Positions 36,849 to 45,326 of a stretch of 64,000 nucleotides of DNA are shown here, in pieces (the stretch's first letter is position 1; every line of letters begins with the position of its first letter). The position numbers were made by a program, and so were the translations under genes. This DNA comes from an uncultured Methanomicrobiales archaeon. GTDB taxonomy: Archaea; Halobacteriota; Methanomicrobia; Methanomicrobiales; JACTUA01. The stretch lies in contig CAZKEV010000004.1 of NCBI GenBank assembly GCA_964551875.1, positions 3,398 to 67,397 on the forward strand. Reading direction: 5' to 3'. The notes beneath the pieces were generated by a model. It was given only the letters and a program-made list of their open reading frames with translations, was not told the DNA's origin and did no database searches.

Positions 36849-36928
36849 TTCTATCCTCAGGATTCCGAGAGCAAAATACCTCCTGAAACTCGGGTAAAGG
36901 TGTAATGCATGCTCCTTTCCTCGGGGAT

Positions 36929-36969
36929 TGTTGACTCGTTTTCAACATTTGTTGATCATCAGTCAACAA
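36929..36969. promoter_or_regulatory. two palindromes TGTTGA-N7-TCAACA (36929..36947) and TTGTTGA-N7-TCAACAA (36949..36969)
   Basis: Read directly. Same half-site and spacing as 35517..35537. Confidence 0.5.
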
Positions 36970-37019
36970 TCTGGCGAGGGATAACTTTCCTTTTTATACT
37001 GTAACCCGGGAGCAATGGC

Positions 37020-37316
37020 TTATGCATATTCGACCTCTGAAAGTATCGGCTCACGGAGGCGGCGCTTGATGGTGTCCTTCATCACGAGGTCCACCTTCCG
37101 CCCGAACATGTCTTCAAGGTAGAACTTCAGGTCCATGTAATGATGAAAAGTCCCTTCCCCGTCTTTGAATTCCACGAGGACATCCACATCGCTCTCCGGC
37201 TTCTCTTCTCCTCTTACGAAGGACCCGAAAATTCCAATCCGTTCCACACCAAACCTGTCCAGTATCTCCTGCTTATGCACCCGGAGGAGTGAAAGGGGAG
37301 CAATCCCAGAATTCAT
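37020..37316 (-). CDS. minimal nucleotidyltransferase (paralog of 33636..33923)
   Basis: IGIFGSFVRGEEKPESDVDVLVEF. Highly similar to the 33636 protein over its length. Confidence 0.8.
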   Translation of the reverse strand: MNSGIAPLSLLRVHKQEILDRFGVERIGIFGSFVRGEEKPESDVDVLVEFKDGEGTFHHYMDLKFYLEDMFGRKVDLVMKDTIKRRLREPILSEVEYA

Positions 37317-37609
37317 TCCAGGATCACCACTTCTTCGCGCCGTATTATATCGATGAGGTACGGGCTTACTGCTCCTTCGGTGACGAGGTCAACCTTACGA
37401 TGGAGTGCCTGTCCAAGTTCATCCTGGATGCGGACGAGTTCGAAGAGGCTCTTTGGATCCTTGAACTTGACGAGGATATCGATATCGCTCCCGGGACCCG
37501 CTTCACCACGTGCAAAGGATCCAAAAACCGAAACCCTCGCAACGCCGTGCGGCTTCAGCATTCTGAGGATGATCTCCCGAATATCCCCTGGAAGCCGTAA
37601 ACCATTCAT
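37313..37609 (-). CDS. minimal nucleotidyltransferase (paralog of mntA 33327..33623)
   Basis: VSVFGSFARGEAGPGSDIDILV. 4-nt overlap with the downstream NTase gene. Confidence 0.8.
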   Translation of the reverse strand: MNGLRLPGDIREIILRMLKPHGVARVSVFGSFARGEAGPGSDIDILVKFKDPKSLFELVRIQDELGQALHRKVDLVTEGAVSPYLIDIIRREEVVILE

Positions 37610-37982
37610 CTCTCTTCACCCTGTCCCAGTAGCGGCGGTGGGGTCTTGTTCTCCCTCTTGCAGAAGGAATACCCCTCCGTATGTAAAGATTCGCCTTCTT
37701 CCGTGAAAATGTCTCTTCTGTTCGCGAACAGGGTTCGGGATTGGAAGTCGAGAAAAACAGGAAAAAAGATTCGGAACCTGACCCTCGGCACCTCCCGCTC
37801 CCGGAGGTTCACCTCCATGGTCCAGACCACGCCTTCCCGTGGGCGACCCGGAACATGGCGATCTTGCTTCCCAGCTTGGCGTTCTCTATGATGTCCCCGC
37901 TCCAAGAAATCGGGAACAGCACCATCCGGTACAAAGCTAACCTTTATCACATTTCTCTCTAATCTTTACTCAAAACTTAAAG

Positions 37983-38333
37983 TTGATTATTATGATGGAT
38001 CTCATCTCGATCGTTGAGAAATCCGGGGATCTGGACGGGACCATCATCTCCCGGGTCCGCCTCGAACTGCTCTGGGCCCTGGCAGAACTGGGAGAAGATG
38101 GTGCCACAGCGAGGCAACTGAAGGCAGGCCTGAACCTGAGTGACGGGGTCCTCTACTCAAACCTGAAGAAACTGGAAGAGCTCGGCTATGTAAGGTGCGA
38201 GCAGGTCACTATCGAGGGAAAGGCACTGGAACTTTTTTCCATCACGCCGGACGGCCTTGCAGAGTGGATGAAGGTGAGGGAATGGCTGTGCAAGCTCCTG
38301 GAATGCGGCGGTGAGACCTGTGAACGACCGTAG
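37983..38333 (+). CDS. winged-helix transcriptional regulator
   Basis: ELLWALAELGEDGATARQLKAGLNLSDGVLYSNLKKLEELGYVRCE wHTH pattern. First gene of a three-gene overlapping operon. Confidence 0.65.
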   Translation: MIIMMDLISIVEKSGDLDGTIISRVRLELLWALAELGEDGATARQLKAGLNLSDGVLYSNLKKLEELGYVRCEQVTIEGKALELFSITPDGLAEWMKVREWLCKLLECGGETCERP

Positions 38334-38850
38334 CAGGGTCATTGCCTGTTTCAGGGAAGCAGGCTTTCAGATGGATAAGAACCGGTACGAACACCGCCTT
38401 ATTGCCCAAAAGATGATCTGCCTGCTGAAACTGAAAGGCATCCCGTTTGAATACCCGTTCGGCCTCTATGTCCGCGGCCCCTATTCGCCTGCCCTGGCCC
38501 TGGAGTATTACCGGTATCCCAGCGACTTTCTCGAGGCGCGGAGCGATCTCTCCCTTACCCCCGTAGAATCCGGGTATGTTTCGCAGTTGGGTGAACTATT
38601 TGGAAAGAGCCCGTCCCTGCTTGAAATCGGTGCGACCTACGGATACCTGGCGTACCAGGCCCATTATCCCCCCGAGGTGGCGTATCGCCTGGTAAAATCA
38701 ATGAAATCGTTTTACCGGAATGACCAGATCGTGAAAGGGGTCAATAAGGCAAAGCAATACCTCTTCACTCCGGCTGAAGACGATGTCATGCTGCTGGAGG
38801 GAGAATTGAGACAATGGCAGCGGGCAGGCATCAGGTCCATGAGGCACTGA
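38311..38850 (+). CDS. Panacea/SocA-like (DUF4065-like) putative antitoxin
   Basis: RLIAQKMICLLKLKG...F.LYVRGPYSPALALEYY resembles the Panacea-domain core (KLQKLLY....W..GPv.p.vY). Its stop abuts the mazF start (38850/38851). Confidence 0.5.
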   Translation: MRPVNDRSRVIACFREAGFQMDKNRYEHRLIAQKMICLLKLKGIPFEYPFGLYVRGPYSPALALEYYRYPSDFLEARSDLSLTPVESGYVSQLGELFGKSPSLLEIGATYGYLAYQAHYPPEVAYRLVKSMKSFYRNDQIVKGVNKAKQYLFTPAEDDVMLLEGELRQWQRAGIRSMRH

Positions 38851-39186
38851 ATGGAGAGGGCCCGGGGTGAGATCTGGTTCGTGGATCTGAGTGATGCCCG
38901 GGGCCACGAGCAGGCCGGGATACGACCCGCAATCGTGCTGGGCGTATCCTATGGAGGGATAACCATCGTGGTTCCCCTCACGACAACTCCGGCTGCGTTC
39001 CAGTTTCCCCATACGCATTGCATCCACAGCGATTCCCGGAATGGACTGTCCGATGATAGTGCAGCGCTTGTCTTCCAGATTGTGGCACTATCAGAGGATC
39101 GTTTCATCAGGAAAACGGGACATTGCTCCGATGAAGACATGGAAGCCATCACAATACTTTTGAAGGACTTGCTCTCCATTGATTGA
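38851..39186 (+). CDS. mazF: MazF/PemK family endoribonuclease toxin
   Basis: RGEIWFVDLSDARGHEQAGIRPAIVL and VVPLTT motifs. Confidence 0.85.
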   Translation: MERARGEIWFVDLSDARGHEQAGIRPAIVLGVSYGGITIVVPLTTTPAAFQFPHTHCIHSDSRNGLSDDSAALVFQIVALSEDRFIRKTGHCSDEDMEAITILLKDLLSID

Positions 39187-39697
39187 ACCAGATGATGGAG
39201 GGACGCCATGCTCCAGGGCCTTAACAGTGGTGTTCTTTCTTCCCGGTGACGATGATGATCCAGTGGGGGGTTGCCTGGATGAAGGCGGGATCGATGGTAA
39301 ACATCCCCAGGTCGCTGATGGATTCGACCAATGCACCCTGGGAAGGACACCGGGCTCTGTTCCTCAGGCCAGTTGCCCTGCCAGCCAGAGCGCCATGATG
39401 ATGATGCCGAGGACTAAAAGAACCAGGATCACAAGAATGGCGACGCGCTTCCGTTCCATGCTTCTCACTTCCCCTTCTCTCCCCGCGGATGATATCCTTT
39501 CCTCCAGCACGGGATGGCCCCTCCTATCGGTACATAATCGGGCAACGGAAGCTGATCCCTGGTGATCCGGGCAGAAAGGAGACTTGCGGATTTCAGCGGA
39601 GGGGTGGAGCCGTCTCCTCCATGGGAATCTTAAGGAGTGCACCGAAGCCCTCATACATGAAGGCGATGATACACCGTAGCGGAGGGAGTCTGGAGAT

Positions 39698-40171
39698 ATG
39701 GGAAAGGATTGCGGGTTGGATCTCTTCCGGGATTTTGAATTTGACGATATCACCAGCGCGAAGCCCCCGGCTGCGAAGGGGGTATACGTCATCAGGGTCC
39801 GGAAACCGGGAATGCCTCCCGATGAGATTATCCAGAACCTCGAACCCCACATCTCACGTCTGGGGTGGGAGATGGCCGGGAAGCATCTCCTTGACCGGAT
39901 CGGGAGAATCCGGAAGATCGGGGACTGTCCCATCATCTACATCGGGTCCGCTGGAACGAATCCGGGAAGCAGGCATACCCTTGCAGGGCGGTACCGGGAC
40001 CTCGTGAGCCGCCATACCATCCAGTTCCCCATCTGGGCACTGCTCTACTTCGGCTGGGAACTGGATCTCGGGTGGAAGGTGGATGAAAACCCGAAGGAAC
40101 TGGAGAAAGATCTGAAGGAGAGATACGAGACCCGGCAGCGGAGGATGCCACCGGCACTCGTTGTAAGATGA
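39698..40171 (+). CDS. GIY-YIG-like domain protein
   Basis: KGVYVIRV ... IIYIGSAG ... R..L spacing resembles the GIY-(x10-11)-YIG nuclease core. 157 aa. Confidence 0.45.
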   Translation: MGKDCGLDLFRDFEFDDITSAKPPAAKGVYVIRVRKPGMPPDEIIQNLEPHISRLGWEMAGKHLLDRIGRIRKIGDCPIIYIGSAGTNPGSRHTLAGRYRDLVSRHTIQFPIWALLYFGWELDLGWKVDENPKELEKDLKERYETRQRRMPPALVVR

Positions 40172-40245
40172 TCCCTTGCCGGATCCGGCAAGCGGATCGC
40201 AATCTTCCGATATCGCCGATTCCGGTGCTCTTGCCGGCGAGTGAG

Positions 40246-42978
40246 TCAGAGCGGGGGCACCGGCGGTGTTCCCCGCAACCGCCGTACCCACTTCACCGCC
40301 TCGGGCACGAAGAACCCGGTCGAGGAGGCCAGGAGCACGATACCCCAATCCAGCGGCCCGAGGGGTACGGTATCAAAGATCACCTGCGCCGGTCCCCAGG
40401 CAGTGATGAGGAACTGCGAGGCGATCCCGAAGAGGAACGCTGCCCAGAGCCAGCGGTTCCGGAAGAGTCCGGTCACAAGGACGGGAGCATTCCCTGAGCC
40501 ACTCGCCGCGAGGGCAAAGAACTTCTGGAAGAGGATGATGACCGAGAAGGCCATGGTCCCGGCCCGAAGGGCCGCGCCGGGGCCTCCGCCCCGGTACAAG
40601 GTGAAGACGCCCAGGGTGACGGCGGCCATGAGGAGGCCGACGAGCACCATCTCAGCCCCGAGGCGCGGGGAGAGGATCCGCTCCCTCGGGTCCTGGGGCG
40701 GCCGCTTCATCACGTCGGGGTCGGGGGGGTTCATGGCCAGGGCAAGGGCCGGGGGGCTGTCGGTGACGATGTTCATCCAGAGGATCTGGAGGGGGGTGAG
40801 GGGGCTTGCGAGGCCTGCCATGATGGCGACGAAGATGGCGATGAGTTCCCCGACGTTGCAGGAGATGAGGTACTTCACCGCCTTCAGGATGTTTGCATAG
40901 ATCACCCTTCCCTCCTCGACGGCCCGCTCGATGGAGGCGAAGTTGTCGTCGGTGATCACCATGTCGCTCGCCTCCTTTGCCACCTCGGTGCCGGTGATCC
41001 CCATGGCCACCCCGATGTCCGCCCTTTTTATGGCAGGGGCGTCGTTCACCCCATCGCCTGTCATGGCGACGATCTCCCCCCGGGCCTTGAGGGCATCCAC
41101 GATGCGGAGCTTGTGCTCGGGAGAGACCCGGGCATAGATCCCTACCCGCTCAACCAGCTCCCGGAGCCCGGCGTCGGTGACGCGGTCGAGCTCGGCGCCG
41201 GTCATGATCCCCCCGTGCTCCAAGTCGAGCTCCCGTGCCACCGCCCCCGCGGTCACGGGGTTGTCACCGGTGATCATCACCACCCGGATCCCCGCCTCCC
41301 GGCATGCCCGCACTGCCGCCCTGGCCTCGGGCCGGGGGGGATCCATCATGCCGGCCAGGCCGATGAAGACGAGGTCCCTCTCGATTTCATCATCGGGGAT
41401 CTCCCCGCCGGGCAGGTCCCGGCAGGCGAACCCGAGCACCCTGAGGGACTCCGAGGCCATCTGATGGGTGGCGGCGAGGAGGGCCTCCCGCTCAGAGGGT
41501 ATGAGGTCCCGTTCGGCGTTGTCCATGAGGATCCGCGTGGACCGGGCGAGGAGCACCTCGGGTGCCCCCTTCACGTACGCCCGCCACCGGCCATCCGCGG
41601 TCCGGACCACTGTCATCATCTTCCGGGCGGAGTCGAAGGGGATCTCGGTGTGGAAGGGGTGGGCCGCAAGGAGGCTCTCCTGGTTGAGCCCCGCCTTGGC
41701 GGCGAGAACCAGGAGGCATGCCTCGGTGGGATCTCCCAGGATCCCCACCTTCCCTGTCTCACTATCCACCGAGAGGCCGCTGTTGTTGCAGAGCATCCCG
41801 GTCTCCAGGAGCGCCTGCACCCCGGGTATATCCAGGGGGGCGGTGACAGCACTGCTCTCCTCCCGGATGAACTCACCCCGTATCGCGTAGCCCTCCCCCG
41901 TGACCCGGAGGAAGGTCCCGTTCACGAGGACCCTCCTCACGGTCATCTCGTTCATGGTGAGGGTGCCGGTCTTGTCGGTGCAGATGACCGTTGCAGCCCC
42001 GAGGGTCTCCACCGCGGGAAGGCGCCGGATGATGGCGTGCTTTCCGGCCATCCGCTGCACCCCCAGGGAGAGGGTGATGGTGACCACGGCGGGAAGGCCC
42101 TCCGGGATGGCCGCAACTGCGAGGGAGACCGCGACAAGGAACATCCCGAGGGGCGGGAGGCCCCTCGCCAGGCCCACGACGAAGATCACCCCCACGATGA
42201 TGAGGGCCGCGGAGGAGAGCTGCTTCCCCAGGTATTCCAGCTTCTTCTGGAGGGGCGTCGCCACTTTCGGTTCCTCGGCCACCACCCTCGCGATCTTCCC
42301 CAGCTCGGTCCGCATCCCGGTGGCGGTGACCACCGCCTTCCCCCGCCCCCGGGTGATAACGGTGCCTAGGAATACCATGTTCCCGTGGTAGTGGATGGTC
42401 TCCCCAGCCTCGCAGACCATGCCTGCATCCTTGGGCACCGGCACCGATTCACCGGTGAGGGGGGCCTCGTCCGCTTCGAGGGCCACCGTCTCGAGAAGTC
42501 TCCCGTCGGCAGGCACCCGGTCCCCCTCCATGATGAGGACGATGTCCCCCGGCACGAGGTCCCGGGCATCGATCATCCCCTCGGTTCCGCCGCGGATGAC
42601 CCGTGCCACGGGAGCGGTCATCTTCTTCAGGGCTTCCAGGGTCTTCTCGGCCCGGTACTCCTGGAGGAAGCCGATGACCCCGTTTAAGATGATGATGGCC
42701 ATGATGGCTGCTGCGTCCAGCCACTCACCGAGAAGACCGGAGATGGCGGCGGCAATGGCGAGGATCACGATGAGGAGGTCGGTGAACTGCCGGGCGAAGA
42801 GGAGGAGGACACTCTGCTTCGCCTTCTCCTGGAGCCGGTTCGGCCCGTGGACGGCGAAGCGCTCCCGGGCCTCATCCGGAGAGAGGCCCCCTGCTCCGGA
42901 ACGGAGTTCCTCCAGTGCCCGGCTCGCCGGGTACGCGTGGAACGGGGCTGGTCCGGGGTTTGCATCAGGCGGGGTCAT
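40246..42978 (-). CDS. P-type cation-transporting ATPase (type IIA/IIB Ca2+-ATPase-like)
   Basis: TGES, ICTDKTGTLT, MITGDN, MTGDGVNDAPAIKRADIG. I chose the start at MTPPDANPG (42978) rather than the track start. Confidence 0.9.
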   Translation of the reverse strand: MTPPDANPGPAPFHAYPASRALEELRSGAGGLSPDEARERFAVHGPNRLQEKAKQSVLLLFARQFTDLLIVILAIAAAISGLLGEWLDAAAIMAIIILNGVIGFLQEYRAEKTLEALKKMTAPVARVIRGGTEGMIDARDLVPGDIVLIMEGDRVPADGRLLETVALEADEAPLTGESVPVPKDAGMVCEAGETIHYHGNMVFLGTVITRGRGKAVVTATGMRTELGKIARVVAEEPKVATPLQKKLEYLGKQLSSAALIIVGVIFVVGLARGLPPLGMFLVAVSLAVAAIPEGLPAVVTITLSLGVQRMAGKHAIIRRLPAVETLGAATVICTDKTGTLTMNEMTVRRVLVNGTFLRVTGEGYAIRGEFIREESSAVTAPLDIPGVQALLETGMLCNNSGLSVDSETGKVGILGDPTEACLLVLAAKAGLNQESLLAAHPFHTEIPFDSARKMMTVVRTADGRWRAYVKGAPEVLLARSTRILMDNAERDLIPSEREALLAATHQMASESLRVLGFACRDLPGGEIPDDEIERDLVFIGLAGMMDPPRPEARAAVRACREAGIRVVMITGDNPVTAGAVARELDLEHGGIMTGAELDRVTDAGLRELVERVGIYARVSPEHKLRIVDALKARGEIVAMTGDGVNDAPAIKRADIGVAMGITGTEVAKEASDMVITDDNFASIERAVEEGRVIYANILKAVKYLISCNVGELIAIFVAIMAGLASPLTPLQILWMNIVTDSPPALALAMNPPDPDVMKRPPQDPRERILSPRLGAEMVLVGLLMAAVTLGVFTLYRGGGPGAALRAGTMAFSVIILFQKFFALAASGSGNAPVLVTGLFRNRWLWAAFLFGIASQFLITAWGPAQVIFDTVPLGPLDWGIVLLASSTGFFVPEAVKWVRRLRGTPPVPPL

Positions 42979-43206
42979 GGAGAATGCTCCTGGAAAGCGT
43001 CGCATGATAACGGATCCCGGCAGGAAGACCCCGGGGACCGGTGAAGGCACGCGGAATGAATGAGTAAAAATCAGCAGGATGAGCATTTAATATGTAGGAT
43101 CCTGCCAACCGGCAGGGGACCGGATCGGGCTTGCAGGGGGCAGGAGCATTCCTGCAGGGAAGCGTGATCTCCCGGCAGGAGTCGGTAAAAACCGTGAATC
43201 GAAGGA

Positions 43207-43317
43207 TGCTGCGGGCGGGATTCGAGCCCGCGATCTCCAGATATCCCAGATAATGGCGCTCCGACGTTCGCGAAAACCCTATGAGTCTGGCGCCCTAACC
43301 GGCTAGGCCACCGCAGC
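43207..43317 (-). tRNA. tRNA with CAU anticodon (elongator Met or Ile2) containing a 37-nt intron at the canonical 37/38 position
   Basis: Hand fold: acceptor GCUGCGG/CCGCAGC+A73, D arm GCCU/GGGC, anticodon stem CCAGA/UCUGG, loop CUCAUA|intron|A, T arm GCGGG-CUCGAAU-CCCGC. 74 nt mature. No encoded CCA. Confidence 0.85.
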
Positions 43318-43427
43318 GCTGAAATTTACATACTAAAGAGGCGATCGGCTTTCATAAAGGTTCTCATGCCGCATCCTGTTTCCCTCCGTCGGGGAACTGC
43401 CTGGGGGGAAAAGAGAGAGATGGGGAT

Positions 43428-44033
43428 CTAGTATCCGCCGCCGCCACCGCCGTAATAGGTGGTCGGCAGTGCCGTGGTCCTCGCAGTTGTCGGGGCTGTG
43501 GTGGTGGTCGTCGGCATGGGTGTCACCTGGACCGGCGTGCTTATTGTCGTTGTGAGGGCCAGCGTCACGATGCCCGATGGGCTTATGACGAACCATACGT
43601 TGTTGATGCCGTACCCCCTCACGTCCCCGGGAGCTGCATCATTCGCATAGTAATAGAGGGGCCATCCCTTCCATGTGGTCTGCTTCTGCCCGTCGGCACG
43701 GGTGATCTCGCCGAAGTCAGCGGAATTGAGCGGTGGGGAGACCTTGATGGTCGCGGCATGGAAGGCTGGCCAGGCGCCCGGGCAGCCGGCGGTGCAGACG
43801 CTCGTCCCGGTACCCGGGGTGTCCTTCGCGAAGTAATAGAGAGTCTTCCCGGTCGCGTCAGCAAGGATCTGGCCGTACTGCGGGTTCGAGGCCAGCTTGA
43901 TGGTGTCTGGAACAGGAGTCGGCGTAGGAGTCACCTGCTGCACGGCAGGACCCTGGGAACATCCTGCGACAAGCATCGCTCCTGCGAGGAGCAGGAGGAT
44001 GACCGGAGATACGATCTTCTTCATCAGGATCAC
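43428..44033 (-). CDS. secreted lipoprotein, COG4315/Lipoprotein_15 repeat family
   Basis: Lipobox-like LVAGCS. Two repeats: GKTLYYFAKDTPGTGTSVCTAGCPGAWP and WKGWPLYYYANDAAPGDVRGYG. Thr-rich tail. Confidence 0.7.
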   Translation of the reverse strand: MILMKKIVSPVILLLLAGAMLVAGCSQGPAVQQVTPTPTPVPDTIKLASNPQYGQILADATGKTLYYFAKDTPGTGTSVCTAGCPGAWPAFHAATIKVSPPLNSADFGEITRADGQKQTTWKGWPLYYYANDAAPGDVRGYGINNVWFVISPSGIVTLALTTTISTPVQVTPMPTTTTTAPTTARTTALPTTYYGGGGGGY

Positions 44034-44105
44034 TTCCCGTGAACGTGGAGTGTCGGGATTCTCCGTCTATTTATAGGTATCCCCCATGCTCCCGCTCCCC
44101 CCCCT

Positions 44106-44249
44106 TCACCATATCCCGGGCACCAGCCGGTACTGCACCCTGGAAGCGTACTCGGCATAGCCCGGGAGCTCCTCCTGGAGGGTGCGGTCCTCCCGGGCAG
44201 TGCGGATGAGGGTCACCCCCATGGCGAGGGCGGCGAGGGGGAGGGTCCC
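44106..44249 (-). pseudogene. C-terminal remnant of an ICMT-family methyltransferase gene
   Basis: ..LIRTAREDRTLQEELPGYAEYASRVQYRLVPGIW* parallels the C-terminus of the 7700..8377 protein (..LLDEEKFLSKNLPGYREYCENTRYRLIPFVW*). No upstream catalytic part is present. Confidence 0.6.
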
Positions 44250-44253
44250 CGCC

Positions 44254-44943
44254 TCATCCCCGGTTGAAGTACCTGCGGGAGAGCCAGTAGATGAGGATCC
44301 CTGCCGCGATGAGGACGAAGACGGCAGCCGCCCCCAGGAAGAAGTTCGCGAGGAAAGCCTGCTGGAGATACAGGGTGGCAACCGCGATCCCGAAGGACCC
44401 GGTGACGGCACCGAGAGCGATGGCCCCCATCACCTCCCGCCGGCTCATGCCCAGGAGCCGGCCGACGATGGACCCCCGCACCCCCCCGCTCCCGAAGAAG
44501 GGGACCATAACCATGACCACGATCCCGAAGAAGTAGAGCCCGGAGAGCCAGGGACGACTGGCCAGGAACTCACTCCCTCCGTGGATGAACCGCCGGATCC
44601 AGGGGCCGAGGATGGGGATCTTCTCTGCCAGATCAAAGTTCCAGACCATGAAGAGCCCCACTTCAAGGTCCACGAGGGCGATGGAGCCGGCGATGGCCCA
44701 CCAGGGCAGCCCGAGGAGGATCCCGAGGGGGATCACCGTCTCCTTTCCTGCCGGCGGGAGCTCGTAAACGAGCATGAGGGTGGCGATGGAGAGCATCGTC
44801 CCGCTGCCGAAGGCGAGGGATAGAGCCAGCAGGTGGAGGGCGAGGAGGAGGAGGGGGAGGGTGAGGCGGAGCCCCCGGTCCGCGAGGGGGCTCACCGGGA
44901 AGATGGCGTCCGCGTCATCCCCGTCCTTCCATGGCTGGTCCAT
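44254..44943 (-). CDS. integral membrane protein (putative small multidrug-export/COG2426-like)
   Basis: 229 aa, multiple TM segments. Family assignment by recollection only. Confidence 0.5.
   Translation of the reverse strand: MDQPWKDGDDADAIFPVSPLADRGLRLTLPLLLLALHLLALSLAFGSGTMLSIATLMLVYELPPAGKETVIPLGILLGLPWWAIAGSIALVDLEVGLFMVWNFDLAEKIPILGPWIRRFIHGGSEFLASRPWLSGLYFFGIVVMVMVPFFGSGGVRGSIVGRLLGMSRREVMGAIALGAVTGSFGIAVATLYLQQAFLANFFLGAAAVFVLIAAGILIYWLSRRYFNRG
44900..44943. repeat. 44-nt direct repeat, copy 1 (5' end of membrane-protein gene)
   Basis: AAGATGGCGTCCGCGTCATCCCCGTCCTTCCATGGCTGGTCCAT. 43/44 identical to 48625..48668. Confidence 0.9.
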
Positions 44944-45326
44944 TTGCTATCACGAATCCGGGCCCTTTCCAGAAAGATCAAGTCCTATTACCACAAGAAT
45001 TTATTCGTGATGCCTGAAGTAGGGATAGGGTTCTCCATGTTCCATTTCCATGAAACAAAGAAAAAATATAACCCCTTGCGGCATTGAGAACCAAATTAGC
45101 AATTTAATCGCGATGGATAGGTGAATTATCGAAAATAAAATCAGAATATATATATCGTATAAACAAGGAGCCTACCTCGATTCACATCTCTATCTCGGTG
45201 AGGTACATGGGGAGAGGAATTGATCGGATTGAGTGTCAGGCTGGAAGGGAGGAAGCCTGAACTTACCCTTCTCTGTTATTCTCCGGGTTGCATGTGAGGT
45301 TCAGGAAATGGGAGGTTACAAGAGTT

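Noticed and set aside
36522-36925. Possible hepT 5' relic after the NTase at 36202..36525, and a hicA-like relic (..LPEF..) upstream of the HicB-like gene
   Set aside because: Only a handful of residues are suggestive. They are too short and degenerate to support without profile searches.
37606-37950. 114-aa minus-strand ORF, plus an alternative frame reading MVLFPISWSGDIIENAKLGSKIAMFRVAHGKAWSGPWR
   Set aside because: The fragmentary frames suggest a decayed gene. No family is recognisable.
39364-39459. 31-aa hydrophobic peptide MERKRVAILVILVLLVLGIIIMALWLAGQLA (type I toxin-like) on the minus strand
   Set aside because: It lies in an apparently decayed GC-rich spacer and has no promoter, RBS or conservation evidence. 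It could be a chance ORF.
41113-42369. 418-aa and several 100-220-aa ORFs antisense or out of frame within the P-type ATPase gene
   Set aside because: They have low-complexity Pro/Gly/Arg/His composition. The ATPase frame carries DKTGT/TGDGVNDAP and explains the region.
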